64,000 bases of DNA, taken from NCBI GenBank assembly GCA_010015585.1, contig ML975170.1; one strand, given 5' to 3'. The stretch comes from Eremomyces bilateralis CBS 781.70. Lineage: Eukaryota. This document shows, one piece after another, positions 1-14,259 of this stretch. The position numbers and the translations under genes are program-made. Below the pieces are notes generated by a model, which saw nothing but the letters and a program-made list of their open reading frames with translations, was not told the origin of the DNA and searched no databases. Every line of letters starts with the position of its first letter. Position 1 is the stretch's first letter.

Positions 1-1375
1 AAAGAAGATGCAGTGTCTTCCGAAGACGTCTGCCCTGCGGCTGAGGTTGCTGCTGTGGAAGATGGACCCCCTTTGACGTTCCCGCCTGTTGATGGCTGGG
101 GCAGGGTTTCGTGGAGATATGGGCATGATGGTCCCTTTCGGCAACCTATTTGAGAGGGAGCCTGGTCAGTACATAAGCAGTTTAGAGACCATTTCGCGAA
201 GAAAGTAGTGCTTGCAGAGCAATAGCTCCACTTGTACAGCAGTCAGACAGAGATAGATCTGTCACGGTACACAATGGTTCGCGTGATACTGTTGGAGTCG
301 GGCTAGGATCCTCGCATATCAACAAGAATACAAACGCGATGTTGGCCCTACACGTGTGTGTTTACCCATCTGTAAGATGATAGAGCAACTGCACACTGAC
401 GCCTTTCTCAGTCGCCATCCACTCGCTCATTTTCTGTCAGACAGTGAAGTCCCAATGCTCTACAGCCGCAATATCAATGGCCATGACAAAATAGACGCGA
501 TTGAGTAATGACAGACGATTCATAAAATGACATGCAGGAATCGCAGGGCAACAGGGTCAGAGGATGATCCAGCTTGAGATGATTGGAGGCGCTCTGCATG
601 TCGACTATTGGAATTGGCACCTCCAAATCGTGACAACAATGAACAAATGAATTTGAAAGACTTACCTCCAGGAGTCCTGTAAAAACGACAGCGGCGCACA
701 CGACCGGGCGACGCGATTGCCTTGTCGGTTCCGGGGCCTCGATGCGGTGATCTCGTCTGTTCCGGAGGCATCGAGCTATTCTTGCCGCCTTGTCTGGGGG
801 GTGGTGGTGCAGCAGTCGCCTTCGACAGACCCGGACTCGGGCCGCCACCATCCAGGACCAGATTGGATGTGGCGTCTCGAGATGATCTCGTCGAGCGGGG
901 CGGGTGAGGCTGGGGCCGCTGGGGGCGCGGGGGTATGACTGACAACTCATCAATCGCTGGGACATAATCCTGGATGTTGCTGCTTGTTGAGCACGGTGTG
1001 CTGAGCAGATGACCTTCGACTGCATGAACGAAAGAATGGGAATAGCATCGGGGGAAGGAGTAGGGCACGAGTAACACTGAGATTGTGTTGGCTTCTCCCT
1101 TCGTCTCTCCAGGAAAAACAAAGGCGAAACGGAAACCCCCAAATGGCATAGGAATATTTCCTTAGTATTGGTGCCTCCAGTACACGGCAAAACTCCGGGG
1201 TCGTGGGGGAGAGTGAAGAAGATGAGCTCGTGATCTTACCTGACGACGACGATGACGATCCTGCTGGTGTAGCTGGTCTTCTGGCTTCCGGGCTTCTGGC
1301 TTCCAACTCGTCCTGACGAGCAGGTCTGCTGGCTGGATTGATGCCTACGGGCTGAGCATCACGAGTCTTATCCAT
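1..1375 (-). CDS. CCCH zinc-finger protein, 5' part only (gene runs off the window start); first-exon structure uncertain
   Basis: Splicing out 665-146 (GTAAGT...ACTGAC...AATAG) joins VRRCRFYRTPG to GCRKGPSCPYLH, a C-x8-C-x5-C-x3-H finger, and the frame stays open to base 1. The ATG at 1375 and donor GTAAGA at 1239 are plausible, but I could not find a phase-matching acceptor. Confidence 0.6.
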
Positions 1376-2652
1376 CGCGGCTAGGGCAGTTGGTTTTACG
1401 CTTGGAGAATGGCAATTGGACGCCCCAGGTCACCGGCGATATTTCCGCTGGTGCTCGATTCGACGATTACTCCGTGTCGTGCTGAGAAGATAGGCGTCTC
1501 GAAGCAGTGGAGAAAACGGGGACAGATAATAGCCGGAGAAACAAATAGGAAGAATATACGGTAGCAGCCGCTCACAACAGATGTGGTGATGAAGGCGTCA
1601 AGTGCATCTGTTGGTGATATTGCCAGGAGCGGCTAATCATTTCAGTTGCTGAGAATTGGCTTTAACCGGTCGAACACGTCGAAATGAGTCATTTTGATCC
1701 ATACTACATTGCTTTTGAATCCGATAATATTCATGAGCCATATACTTGCTAGTAGTGGTTTGCTGAAAAGATATACTATTAGCGACGCCGTTTTGTATAA
1801 TCAGCGCCCTGTCGACCTCTTCTTCTAAACGGCCCTTGAAATGGCCCATGTCCATCGATATACACCACCGGATCCGGTGTACTTCTCCTGCATACCCCAT
1901 ATCCGGTGGTCTCCAATGTCAACCAAAACATCCCCAATGCGTTGTTGCCACGCAAACAGTCATCCGCGTTCGCCCCTCCTCCGACCGGAAGGGAATGAAA
2001 GGTGACAGGCCGCGTGAACTGAGTCATTTTCTCATTTCTCCCAGGGAGAAGGGATCGACTTGGCCTGGGCCTTCTTGATACTGGGATATATCTGGATACG
2101 GGGAGCTTCGACGGCGCAGTCCAACGCTGGTGAGGGGTGACGCAAGGGGCTCGCCGATTTCGAGCGCCGATGGAGTCCACACGACCGATCCCGCGTAAGA
2201 TTCCGGATATTTCACTACTTCCGGTATGTGAAACCGAATCCTGCTGAAGGTATGAAATCACGACTTGAATCGGCGGGCGGAGAAAGGTCCCCGATGACAT
2301 ATTTCGCTGCATATCAGCCATCTCCCGTGACTTTCCTCACTGGTGACAACCATTCCCTCCATCGGGTCAAACGAGTTCCCTTTTGCATACACGCGGGAAC
2401 CTTTCTCACCATCCGGTCCAGACAACGACCGCACTTGTATTCGCGGGCGCGGGGAATTCTAGGTACTGATGTACTCAACCGAATGTCACCCCACACCGTG
2501 ACACCAACCGCCCACGTTGTAGAAACGCCCCGCTTACTGATGAAGAGGCGGTAAAGAGGAGCCCATCCCCGATCCAGCTGTTAACCGATGTCTCCCCAAC
2601 CCTCTACCTCCATTGTCGTCGCCATTGGCTCGATCTCGCCAGCATCACCACG

Positions 2653-3300
2653 TCAAACCCGCCGGGATATGGGATGGATATTTTGGTCGGCCAGGGTGCC
2701 AGTCAGACCGGATTGGTACGAACTACGAAACCATGAAAGCGGGCGTGGGAAAACCGGTCGTCGAACCGACGAAACATCAGATGGGGCTGCAAAGATTTTC
2801 TGTTGAGGTTGCGCGTTGGGAAGAAACTCTCCCGTCCATTTGTGGTTCGAAGCTTTTCGCGAACGCTGCCGGTCTCGTCGCACTGAAGAAATGCTGGGTA
2901 GATGCTGGCGGGTGAGTGATAGCGTCGTGCAAGTACCTAGCTCAGTCACTCACCCATATCATTCCGGACGCCATTTGAACCTGGGAATCGTAGAAAGGCG
3001 CCGATTCGATGTTAGTAATAGCACCGGTGCGGTAGGGTGTTGCTTCGTCAGATGTACTTTTCAGGGAGCTAGGTTCCGAGTTTTGGACGGCTGTACATAA
3101 GTGAGGGTTGAAGGGCTGCATACTGATCCCAATATAGCCTCACGAAGGGGTACGAGGAGATGACGAGAATGCAGGATGACAATATGTTGTGAATATCCAC
3201 TGCAGCATGTGTTGCTTCAAATTGAATGAAACCCACATCGGATCGGTGACACAGAGTAGGTTCAATAGAGAGCTGCGAGATGTCAGACGCCACGATTCGA
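2653..3300 (-). CDS. Possible orphan spliced hypothetical protein
   Basis: An open frame (VQNSEPSSLK...ASGMIW) joins HLPSISSVRR...SRRV* in phase across a ~49-nt GTGAGT...CTCAC...CAG intron near 2954-2906. No recognisable domain, and the start is not defined. Confidence 0.2.
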
Positions 3301-4031
3301 ATGGAGGCGTAGGGTCAAGCCAATGGAAGGAATAAGTAGGGCAATTTCAATCTTCGATACAAGTCTCAATGCAATTTTGGTTTAGTTTCGATTTTGTTTG
3401 GTATTGGTTTTAATCCGTAATGAAGGTAGCCATGCCAGTACTCAAGGACTGTGACCGAGAACATCTCAGAAGCTGGATGACCCGATGGAATAATCAGCCC
3501 TTGCTGGACTGCACCATTGCTCCTCCGCGTTGATGTCGCTATGGTTCTCCTCTGGCGCGTCCATCAAACCGCCCGCCAAACCATCTGTACATGCTGACTA
3601 TCTCCGCGCCGCCATGAAGGCTAGAAGTACAAGTGTCGTCAAAGGATAATGTACAAGGTCACGCGCCGACCCGGCGCGAAACTGCCATTAGACCTGTGCA
3701 AAACATAGCTGCGAAAAGAAAAGGTTTCTGCGGTGGGTTGCCCCAGATGCTTCCCTCTGGGGTATCATGTAAACCCGCCTCTTGCGAAACCCCAGGACTA
3801 GAAGTGAACAGGTAGAAAAAGAATCGTCGTGAACATGCAATGGTATCGGGTTTTGAACAAGGGTCGCGATAGCGAGCCGCCCGGAAATGAAAACGCCAGG
3901 TCATGGAACCAGTGAAAAATAGCATCCGACGCCTTGTACGCTGTGAAAATCGAATGCGGGTCATTAATCGCCTGCGGTGGTTGGCAGGATCGAGCGGTAT
4001 GTATTACGGCCGTCAGGTTTCGCGTGTCTAA

Positions 4032-5911
4032 TTACCATCCCCTCTCGTGGAGATCATCAGGACCTGCAGTGAAGAAATCGGTTTGGTTGTTCGTCCAGGA
4101 GCTCGTGTATTTGTTGGTAGTCTCTTTTATTACCCCGAGCCCTGATGGCGCGACTGGCGCAGGCTCACCCGGGTACTGTCGCAAGTTGCGCATATCGTTG
4201 GATGTGTGTCGTCGTTTAAGTGCTGCGTTGGTGGTCGAGTTCTTCTGTTGTCGCTCCCAGAGGAGGTTCTTCCGAAGCGACTCCGTCAGCTCGGAGCTGA
4301 GCATGTTTCGGCGGGTGGTGCGGGGAGAGAGAGCAGGTTGGTGGGTGTTGGACGTGGTCATAATGATTGGTTTGGATCGAGAGATTTGAATTGGGTTGGA
4401 GTCGGATGCGGAGGCATCGGGTAGTGGAGAGGTAGGGAACGAGGGACCGTTCGGAGAGCTGGTGCGGGAGCGACGGATGGCGGGGGTGGAACGTGAGGCG
4501 GCATTTTGAAGCGCGGTGGCTCGGTCATTCTCGTGCATCATCGCCGTCAGAAGCGAAGGCCGCGACCTCAAGTTGGCCCGAGAATCCACTCTCTGGAACA
4601 TATGTTCGTCTTTGAAGCTGGGTTGGCCGCTGTGGTCGTCTTCTGCATCTTCCCATTCACCATCTTCCATCTCATCGTCCTCGATGGCACTCGACGATTG
4701 ATCCTCGTCCTCTGTGTCGCTTTCGAAAACATCCTCTTGCTCGTAGGTCCGGACTTTCACATCTTCTCTAAAGCTCGCTTGCTTAACGCCCGACTTCCTC
4801 AGCCCGTCGGAAAGCGAGCTGTGGCCGGTGAAATGCTTGAAGCTGTTCTCCTCGTCGGACCCGGATGAGCCGCCGAGCTGAAATGTAGCCCCTTTTGCTT
4901 TCGACTTCTGTTGGGATTGTGCGGTGGCTGCCGGTGTTCGAAGGCTGCTGGTCGGTCCGGATGGAGATGGGTTCACCGCTAAATGGGTCTTCGACCGCAG
5001 CGAGGAGGATATCCTTCCTGGCTCGAAACCGCGGACGATGTTGGTGGCGCTGAATTCCGTGGAGGCCGTGCTGGCTTCCGAGGGCGCGTGCGGACTCATG
5101 CCGGATGTAACGCTGTTCAGCGTCGTGGCAACCGTTGAGGTGGAAGATTCGGGGATGATGTGAGAATGGGGTGGCTCTGGAGGCTCGTGGGGAGGTGATG
5201 ACGGAGTTGGGGTGGTGTTTTCGACGCAGTGGGGCAGTGATGGTAGTGTGGGAGCGGCGCACACCTGCGAGTTCGACAGACTGGGCGGAAGCGGAGGCAA
5301 TTGGGGCTTTTCTTTCTCGCTATCCTTCTTGATCGATGTGACAATGTTCTGTAGGTCGATTGGAGAAATGTGCTTCAAGCTCGTGCGCGAGATGGCCGAG
5401 TCTTGTCGGAGGAGATGCGGTCGTGATGAGGTTTGCGATGAATATGGAGTGACCAGGGCGTCGGATGCGGTGGATGAAGCCGAAGAGGAGAGCTCGGGAA
5501 GATCGTGATTTGATGTGGTTGTTGGTTGCGGCTGACGACTGGGGAGCAGATGCGGCCAGCGGGCGGAAAGCGATGGTGAGGCGTGGTCAGGTGCGCAGCA
5601 AAACGTTTCCCGATTCCACAACCGCCAACTCAAGTTCTCCAGTCGCTTTCCGTCCTCCATTGAGTCTGCGCATTTCGAGAAGACTGGAACGTGGTGGTTA
5701 GCGAGCCGCACTTTGAGGTAGCTGGGTATACTATTGCAGTATTGCAGCGCTGTGGACTGGTACAGATAACCAACGCTGCGGAAGGGTTGAAGGAAGCGGG
5801 TGAACACGTACCTGACCATAGGCCAAAGAGATTTTCCGCATTTCCTGTGTCGATGGTCTTCATAGAGTCGAGCTCTACACTCACGATCGGTGTCGATGAT
5901 TTAAAAGGCAT
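4032..5911 (-). CDS. DUF1752 (AreA N-terminal-like) + DUF3295 protein; Mks1-like Ras-cAMP/nitrogen regulator
   Basis: Exon 1 5911-5812 (MPFKSSTP...NLFGLWS), intron 5811-5684 (GTACGT...GCTAAC...CAG), exon 2 with RLENLSWRLWNRE. C-terminal SPRTTRRNMLSSELTESLRKNLLWERQQK and terminal ...RGW are typical of this fungal family. Confidence 0.85.
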
Positions 5912-8900
5912 GGTGGGCTTGCAGAGGGGACTAGGTAGGGCGTTAAGGGCCAGGTTGAAAGCGCTCGGGTTGAAAGCGCTTGAAAGGGAGGAATGGACGT
6001 GGTATTCCTGGGTTCGACCGCTTTGCGTCACGAATCGAGAAGACGGCTACGTCAAGATCGACAGGTCTAGGTGGAGGCAGAGTGCTCAACGGTTCGCTCG
6101 GCTGTTGTCGAGTTCGCAAATCGCTCTTCCTAATCCCGAGGACTAGAGAACGTTACAGCGCGAATATCTCTGGGGGTAGGTAGCAGCAGCGCAGTGCGTG
6201 GTCGGAAGAAGATACGGCGACATGCCCTAGGAATTGAATCCTGCTGCGGTTGTCGTCGTGGTGTGTTGGCGTTTAAGTCGGAGTGGCGGTGGGGTGGCAG
6301 CAAGCGACAAAACCGAAGTAGACCAGAGGAATCACCAGCACGAGTGTGGGAATGGCTTCGTTTTCCAGGGAAGAATATCGGGCGGGGATGTAGCAGTGAT
6401 CCAAAAAGTCAAATGTATCTCGCTGAGGACGAAGGTAGTATGGTGATGGTAGATGGAGAGGGAAGGGAAGGGGATGAGTGTGGACGTTTGCTTGTGACGG
6501 AAGGCAAGTGGTTATGACGAGCGGAAGGGCGACATAATAAGTGAAATCTTCCGAAGCGAAAGAGACTAGAGAGGAAAAGAGAGCGGGATGGAGAATAGAG
6601 AGGGCTTGCCGGACTTGTGGGCGAGGGACTGGGGGGGAAGAAGTAATAACTGAGCAATGAGAGGGCGCAGTGGGGGTGAAATGAGAGTGTGGGACGGTGG
6701 CCGGTGGGATAGATGAGCGGTCGTTTGCAGCGTTCAGACTCTTCAGACTTCAGTGAGCGATGAAAGATTGAAGGGGAAGAGAAAGCGGCGAGAGCCCAGA
6801 AGCACCCAGAACCAGAGCATCTTGCATGTCGGGCTTGCTGTGCCACCGGGCACTCCATTAAGGGGGATGGGTACGGCAGAGCCGATTTAGTGGTTTTTCA
6901 TCCCCGGTATCGTGCACTCCGTATTGTCCTCTTATTTTCCATCTCTCCGGCGTCCTCCCAATCATCCCTAATTCTTCCGCTCTGGAAGAGTGGGAGGCAG
7001 ATGACCGCTCTAGCCTCCAGGGCCTGCTCGCCACGCTACCGAACAAGGTACAACCGTCTGTCAGAGAGAGCGAAAAGCCAATGACTCTTGGCCAATTAAT
7101 GATTATCCGGATCCTGATCTCTTCCCCAGGTTGACGGGTTCATCTCCTCAATTCTTCCTCCTTAGTCCTTACTGCTCAGGGATCGCTCCGAGAGTCAGAG
7201 AGTCGGTCTCTCATGTCTCCACTGTCGCACTCTCGCACAGACGGCCGACTTACTCATGTGCCCAATACACCACTATCGGTGATCTGGGTACGTCCATACC
7301 AGTCGGGGGGAACACAAACAATCAGATCGACCAAGCCGAATGGCACAACTCACAAAGTGAGCAGCAGCGCACATGGTCGCCCGGCCACCCGGCGCTTGCA
7401 GCCTCTGTCCCAGGCCACCGCTCCAGCGCACCCCCTCAGTCGATCCCTACAGAAGTACAGATACTGGGTAATTCGATGGCTTATGGGCTATGGCTCATGG
7501 GCTCAGGGCTGGATCAAAGGTTCAAGGATGACGGAGTCGGGAGTTCTCACCCGCCTTGTCGGCTGCCACTCCTTACTCCCCCGTCCTCGCATTACGGCAT
7601 ATCCTCTCCGTTCGATTTTTCTGGCCAGTGACCTCAATTTCCCAACTGCCTTTTTTGGCTTGCGGGAACATGATAGGTCGCCGAACCACCGAATCAATCG
7701 TGCCATCACGCTCCTGGTGGATGTATCCCATCCCTTTTGTCGTATTTACAACTTTCCCGCTCGTCATGTCTCTTGTGAGTTGCGAGCTGTGCATTCTTTT
7801 TGCTCGTTGCTGAAAACGACCTCTCGTTCCTCGTCAGTCCTTCCGGCGATGTTACACCATCCCCATTGAAGCGAACAGACGTATTTTCCGTGACAAACGG
7901 AACCAGTCGAAGGCCCGACGATGAAGTATTATTGAACCCAATGTGATTGTAGCGACTCTACAGTCTCGCCGCGTGCGACTGAATTCATCTGGTCTCAAGA
8001 GCGACTATGCCACCGCTCAGTACTCTAGCCTCTCTCTCCAGTCTCCACGTTCAAGGCCCAAGGGCAAACGACCGCACTGAGATTCAACGGTGCTGCAGCA
8101 GGGGATATGATCACAGGATCGACACAACCATTCCTTTACCGTATTCCTTTCACATTCCTACCTACTTAGTACTAGTCCTTACCGGTTAATTGTCTCCTGT
8201 CCCCGGCCTTCACAACCGAAAACGAGACAATCGCGGAAATCCGGGGATGATCTGGAGTCTTGAGTCTAGAGTCTGGGCGAGGAAGAGAACGAATTCCTCC
8301 GGAAACAAAATTCATGGCTTGATTGCAACCTGTAAGAGTGACTCGAAATTTCCCACTCTGCTTCCCGAGCGCCGGGAATATGGGCAATCCGGCATGTCGG
8401 TATAATTCCATTCGTCCCCACCGCGCTATCTCGAAGAACTTATGAAATAAAATACAACTTACAAGGCGGACCTCCAGCGTATTTCCAGAATCAGTTCGAG
8501 GTCTATTCGGATGGACCTGGACTTTCGAAAGCCCTTGAACTGTGCAACTACAAATGTTTGGTCTAATGTCAAACCTCGGGCTCGACGAACCTCCTAGCAG
8601 ATCTCCAATATTCCTATTCAACCATTCACAGGTTCACGGTTTTCATTCCTAATCTAGTAGTGATAGGAGCCGGAACATCGATTCTGACTACGGAACGACG
8701 GCGGCTTTACCCGAACAGCGTCAATGGCAAAATCCGGACCAATTCTCGGTTTTTTTCTCCCCTACTGACCAGCCCAGAATCAGGCCTGGATCAATACAGC
8801 GGTACCTGTGGCTGTGTCCCCTCACGTGGGTGGCGGTGATCCCTGCCACGACAGGGGTCTGCAGTGGTCAGGTGCTGCCAACAGAACTAAGTCCCCAGTG

Positions 8901-11900
8901 AGGCCTCTGAAGTATCGAATGAAAAACTGAAGTCTTGCCGAGACCAGACACGCCTACTTGCAACAAAGTGGCGAATTCTTGTTCTAGTAATATTATCGGT
9001 ACGAAAGCACGGAGTATTATGCTACACTTTCCAGGAGTTACAAGGCACGTGGCAATCAGCGAAGAGACCCAATTTACGTACGTGGTACATACTCTGTTGA
9101 GTGTTGACTGTTGCTCCAGCGTACTATGTATTTGTTGGCACTTGGGTTCAATTACGTTGATTCTTAGTTAGAGCCATGAAATATCTAGGTCCGTATTAGG
9201 TATGGAATTCTTAAAGTATTAGCCGTTAGTTCCAATTCATTAATGGCTCCTTCTCTCTTCAGTTTGAGGTGTTCCCATGATCCCGTGTAATCCTGGTTGT
9301 TATATCCATCCTTATTTCCGTTCGCAGCACAATGGAAATATGGAACGCCTTGAATTCGTGGGGGGTTGGGACCGTTAGGTGTTATTGGACCTAGGTGGGC
9401 TTCTTTTCAAGCTCCCACACTCAAGTCACAAGTGTCAATACACAATCAACCCTTTGTCACTTTGTCACTTGTCTCCAATTCCGACAGAAATGCAGATCGC
9501 AGAGTGGGTGTTGTCGACGGTACAAAAACGAATATGAGTTGCCCCTCCACATGAACTTCCACTCACCAGATGCAGTCCAACTGACTGCCTATCTGTATGC
9601 CATCACGGTGGCAGATGGAACGCCAGAATACGGGTTTAACCTTACCGGTCGTATTACTAGTACCGCGAGCAGATTATATCCGCTTATCATGCTTGAAAAC
9701 AGTTCCTTGTTTGTCGCCTACCAACTCGGAAGACCCGAGTCATCAGAACCACGCCTACCGAGCGCTTGACGAGCAAGAGAGAAGCAACGAAAGCATCCTC
9801 GGCCATTGTCCGCCAACCCGGAAAGTGGAGAAGGAAGTCGGGGTTATTCGAACCATGGGGAATCCCTCCGACCAGGACCCCGGAATACATTGGAGTCCGT
9901 CGTGTCTGACTCGGGCAAGTACAAGTAATTACAGCGAAGGCACAATCAAGCTCCTGATAATTAGCAAGGAGGATTAGCAACCACAACCAAGTCCCACGAT
10001 GCTGACCTTGAGATCTGAACTTTTCGAACACCCCGGACGATGCAAAAAGGTCCCACCGCGAGAATGCGGGCAAAATCGCCCTGCGCATCTACGCATGTGA
10101 GAGCGGACCCCCAAATTGGAGGCAGATGACCTCTCAGAGACTAATATGTCGTCGAATCACGACCAAAAGAACTCTTCATGTGGGAGGACAAGTTGACAAC
10201 TCATACGGAAACGGCAACCTCATGTTTCATGCGTTGTACAAAATCTTAAAGTTCCTTCCCGGTGCCGGTGAGATCTTCCTCGGTTCGATATTCGCAGGAT
10301 TTCGACGATGCCGGCTCGCCTTGTGGTTCGCAAACCTATTATGGAACATGTAGCCATCCGCCCATCGGATCGCCAGGTCCTGTCGCCGCGATGATCGTGC
10401 AGCTTGTGATGCGTTGCTTTCGCCCCACAACTCCATTACGGTATATTGTATTAACACAATCATCATGATAGGTGCAAATTGCAGCATGCAGCAGATGACC
10501 TGCGCCATGGGGATCATCCTCGCACGATTTACTTTAACCTCAGTTCCAGAGTACCTCTCACGGTTGGATTGTTCCACTGCTTTGTTTTGTTCGAGCACGC
10601 AATACACGAGTCTCCTGCCAGGACTAACTAGGCGCGTATTTTTATCAGTTATTCTGACACATGAGTGGGAATGCACGACATGGATAACCGTCCTCACCAC
10701 TGTCTGTTATGACTCAGTAACTTTCTGGCGATGCCCAATTCCCAAATCACCAGCCAAATAATGATTCTCAAAAGGAATCACACGTTGCTTGTCTCCGTCT
10801 CTTCCCGATTCCGGGGTGGCACCAGTTCGCGGGGGAGGTTCTCCAGAATCCAAAGCACACGCCCTCCAAAAGACGACTGCCTTACATCAATGTGATGTCT
10901 TACTGTGAGGAATAAGCAAGATGAGGATGGCGACTAGCCCTCGTGCCAGGCCTTTCCCTTTCCTTGTGGCATTTTCTTCTCATGGCTAATACTCTCATGG
11001 TTGGACAAGCATGTCCGAAATAATACCATTACCTGAACAAATATCCCTCGTACTACTGCTCCTAAAAGTTCCGTTGTGCGGAGCCGACACGTTGAGCTTG
11101 TGACCACAGCTGAGGCGCGGTGTGATGCGGGGAGAAACACAGGGGGAATACACGTACTACACCCTTACCGATACTTAACCTATTTCGATATACTCCGTTC
11201 CGGGTTTCAGCTATTTTGCCTGCTATGCTAGTTAAGTACCTCCAGGCTCGAAGGCATTCTTAATATTGTCATGGCGATGCCTTCGAGGATACCCCGCAGG
11301 AACATTTTGACACTTGCGTTCTTGAAAGATTATGCGGGGATGAGGAAGGACTAACCAAGTAACTACATAGTACTCCGTAGTAATGGGCTTTTACTAAGTG
11401 CTACCTGTAAGTGCGTCAACAACACACTAGAGAGACGTCCGTTATGGGATTATAATGCGGAGAAAACAGGGGCGACAATTTAATGCCTCGGCCTCCATCT
11501 AACCTTTTTTATCTATCTGTATTCACCGACTCTCTATTTCGTAAAATCGTTTCTACTGAAACATAATTCCACGCGACAATACGACCTCGGCCTGGACCAG
11601 ATGACCTTCTTGGTTCTTCATCCTAGTACTACTCCATACGCTGGACCAAACCTAAAGTCATACTGAACAGGAGTTGAAGAGGGCAGGTGGCTGAAGACGA
11701 AATTATAATCCGAAGTCGAGGTTAACTAGTACTGTGTACTACGGAATACTGTGCACTCTATGACGTGGTAACTTGCTAGCTTGGAATAAACAAGGTAATC
11801 GATTTTTTGCTCAAAGGATGGCTATCATGTGTCTGCGATGGTTATATTCTGGATCATCTGCGAGTGCGATATATAATATTTTTTCTCCGACCGGATTGCC

Positions 11901-14259
11901 TTCAATTGTTTTCCTGCTGCGGGACCCGGCCATTTCTTACCCCAACCGTGCATTTCTTGAGCGATGTTGAATCTATACTCTCCAGAACCATTGCATTGGG
12001 CATGACTTAAACGATCCCTATACAATATCGGTGGCGAAGCAGTCTCTCCTCAATTTCAACTAGACTAATTTAGCATGAACGAAGCTGAAGCGAAACATGT
12101 ATCACATTCGACCCAGCTGTTCGGTTCGTCTCTCCGCCTCAGCTTGGGGTTCATCTATCAGGGTTGGACAGGTGATTACGCATATATTTAGCGGTTGCTT
12201 AACGTGGTCCGAGCCAACGAAGCTGGACGAAAGACATACTGGATCCATCGGACCTTCGGAGTGTGCACTAGCTTGGGGGAACTCTCGTGGTTGGAAAGCA
12301 AGTACGGAACCATTGGCAAGGGATCGAGGAATCGCCTAAGGGAAGAAATATATATAATATGATGTGTCCTTCCGGATGTTGTACACGGTGTTACACAAAG
12401 CAATTGATGACATGCTTAATGTCCATATAATGCTCAATACGGAGAATTGGTGAGTAGTATATTGGTATTAGGCCATGTCAGCTGAATGCTATATTGCACA
12501 ATCATGGGCAGCAATATTAGCTACGCAAAATGTGATGCTGGCACTGCGACCGCTTCCTTCCCCCTCAAACGTTGTGTTACGGGACTACGGAGTGAGTGAA
12601 GCCTTGCGCTTCCTCAAACATCCGAAACCAGGAGGTGTAATAGTTCCCTTGGCCCGATATGATGCTGGTTCATAATTCCAACAATCCCGACCCTAACATT
12701 CGATCATCGAGTCGAGATAGAGAAATGGCCAGCGAGCAGCGATCCCTGATATGTCCGAGATCCTTCATGAACCGGTGAAACACTATATTGTAATAACTAT
12801 GGTACACCGGAGGGCATCACATGACTGACTATAGCTGCTAAGCTGACAGTTCCCCACTCGCAACCAAACTGTCGGTATTGAGGAGACACCCGCAGTCCCG
12901 CACCGCACCACCGGGTTCTGCGCCTCCTGAATCGGGCAATCTCGCTTTTGGGCATGGGGATCTCCCACCAATCCATATCGTTGGATTCGCCCTCATAGAC
13001 GATCACACCCACCCAAACTTTATCCGATTCGTCAGGTGTCATGTGCTTGACTCTTCTCTTCGCTCTTAAGGTTTCCGTGCGTGAGTTTTGACCTCTGGTT
13101 GTTCGGTGCTTTTCCTGGCTGAATCTCGTGACAGTCGAAAAAACTCTCCTTAATTAAAACCTTCAGATTTCAACAATTCAGCAAACAGATCTCCAGAGTT
13201 CCAAAGCCCTGAATATGGGAAACTTGATCGCCCACACTTCAGAATTAGTACGGGTATGTACTGGCCACTGGGTAAGCATTGGAATTCGAAACAACTTGTC
13301 GACACCCAGGTGGCAATTGGGATGTTCGGACTCTACACAGTTGAACGCATTCCGATCGGCATGATCTCGACAGCTCGTTTGGTTCCTCCTCCAAGCTATC
13401 AGCTTTGCATCGCAGTGCGAGTGAGAAGTATTGAAATCGTGTACAGCGACGGAATCCGACGCCTCATCACTCACTGGAATGGGACAGGCGAGTCGTAAAT
13501 TTGGAAACCCTTCAGCCCATTCGTGCTCTTTTCATTTGCCTTGTGCTGTGTCAGACGATAATACCTTGCTGGCGCGATTTCGGATTGAGCTGTGCGACAT
13601 ATATTCGGAGTTTGAAGGTTTCCAATTCGGTCACAAGTGTTTTGTGGGGAATATCGATTCGTCCAGTCGCATTCGTATAAGAGTACCATTATTCCACGAC
13701 TCGATATTTACCTCCCTTTTCAGCTTCGGCCCCCATCTCCATGGTTCGTACGGAATACTTGCAACAGACTTCACTTGGCAGACACAGACTATCCACCAAT
13801 CATCGCCTCATTGTCTAGTGTGGTAATATTTTCGGCCACTTTCCCGGTTTCACCGTACTCGGAGTCTCAGACGGCCTTGCTTCTTCCGAATTGTTTCTGG
13901 AATCCGGACAGGCTGGAGCCTGGAGGTGGAGCCAGTTCGAAAACCCAGAACCATGGTTCATCGCAGAGTTCTCCGTATTCCGAACTGATTCGAGAAGAGT
14001 GGTCAGTGAGTCCATCGGCATATCGACCCGACGAACCTTTTTCCCCATAGTCCACCAAACGTTCTGGGGCCGGGCAACTGCCCGTCTGCCCCGTTTGAGT
14101 TTCGATGCCTCGGCCTCGGTTGTCAGCGCCTCCCCAAGTCCCCATCCGATCAGTGCGTTCGACAACCTGGGGGCTGGGACTTGAGCGTTACCTCCCTACG
14201 ATTCGGAACACAGATCCACCCCGTACTATGTAAACCGCTAAACGGTTGCAGGGACAAAA

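Noticed and set aside
146..665. TPP riboswitch or snoRNA in the long intron
   Set aside because: CTGAGA is present but the rest of the TPP aptamer is not, and there are no properly placed C/D or H/ACA boxes.
10414..10761. 115-aa Cys/Thr-rich ORF as a small secreted protein
   Set aside because: No convincing signal peptide, start context or family motif.
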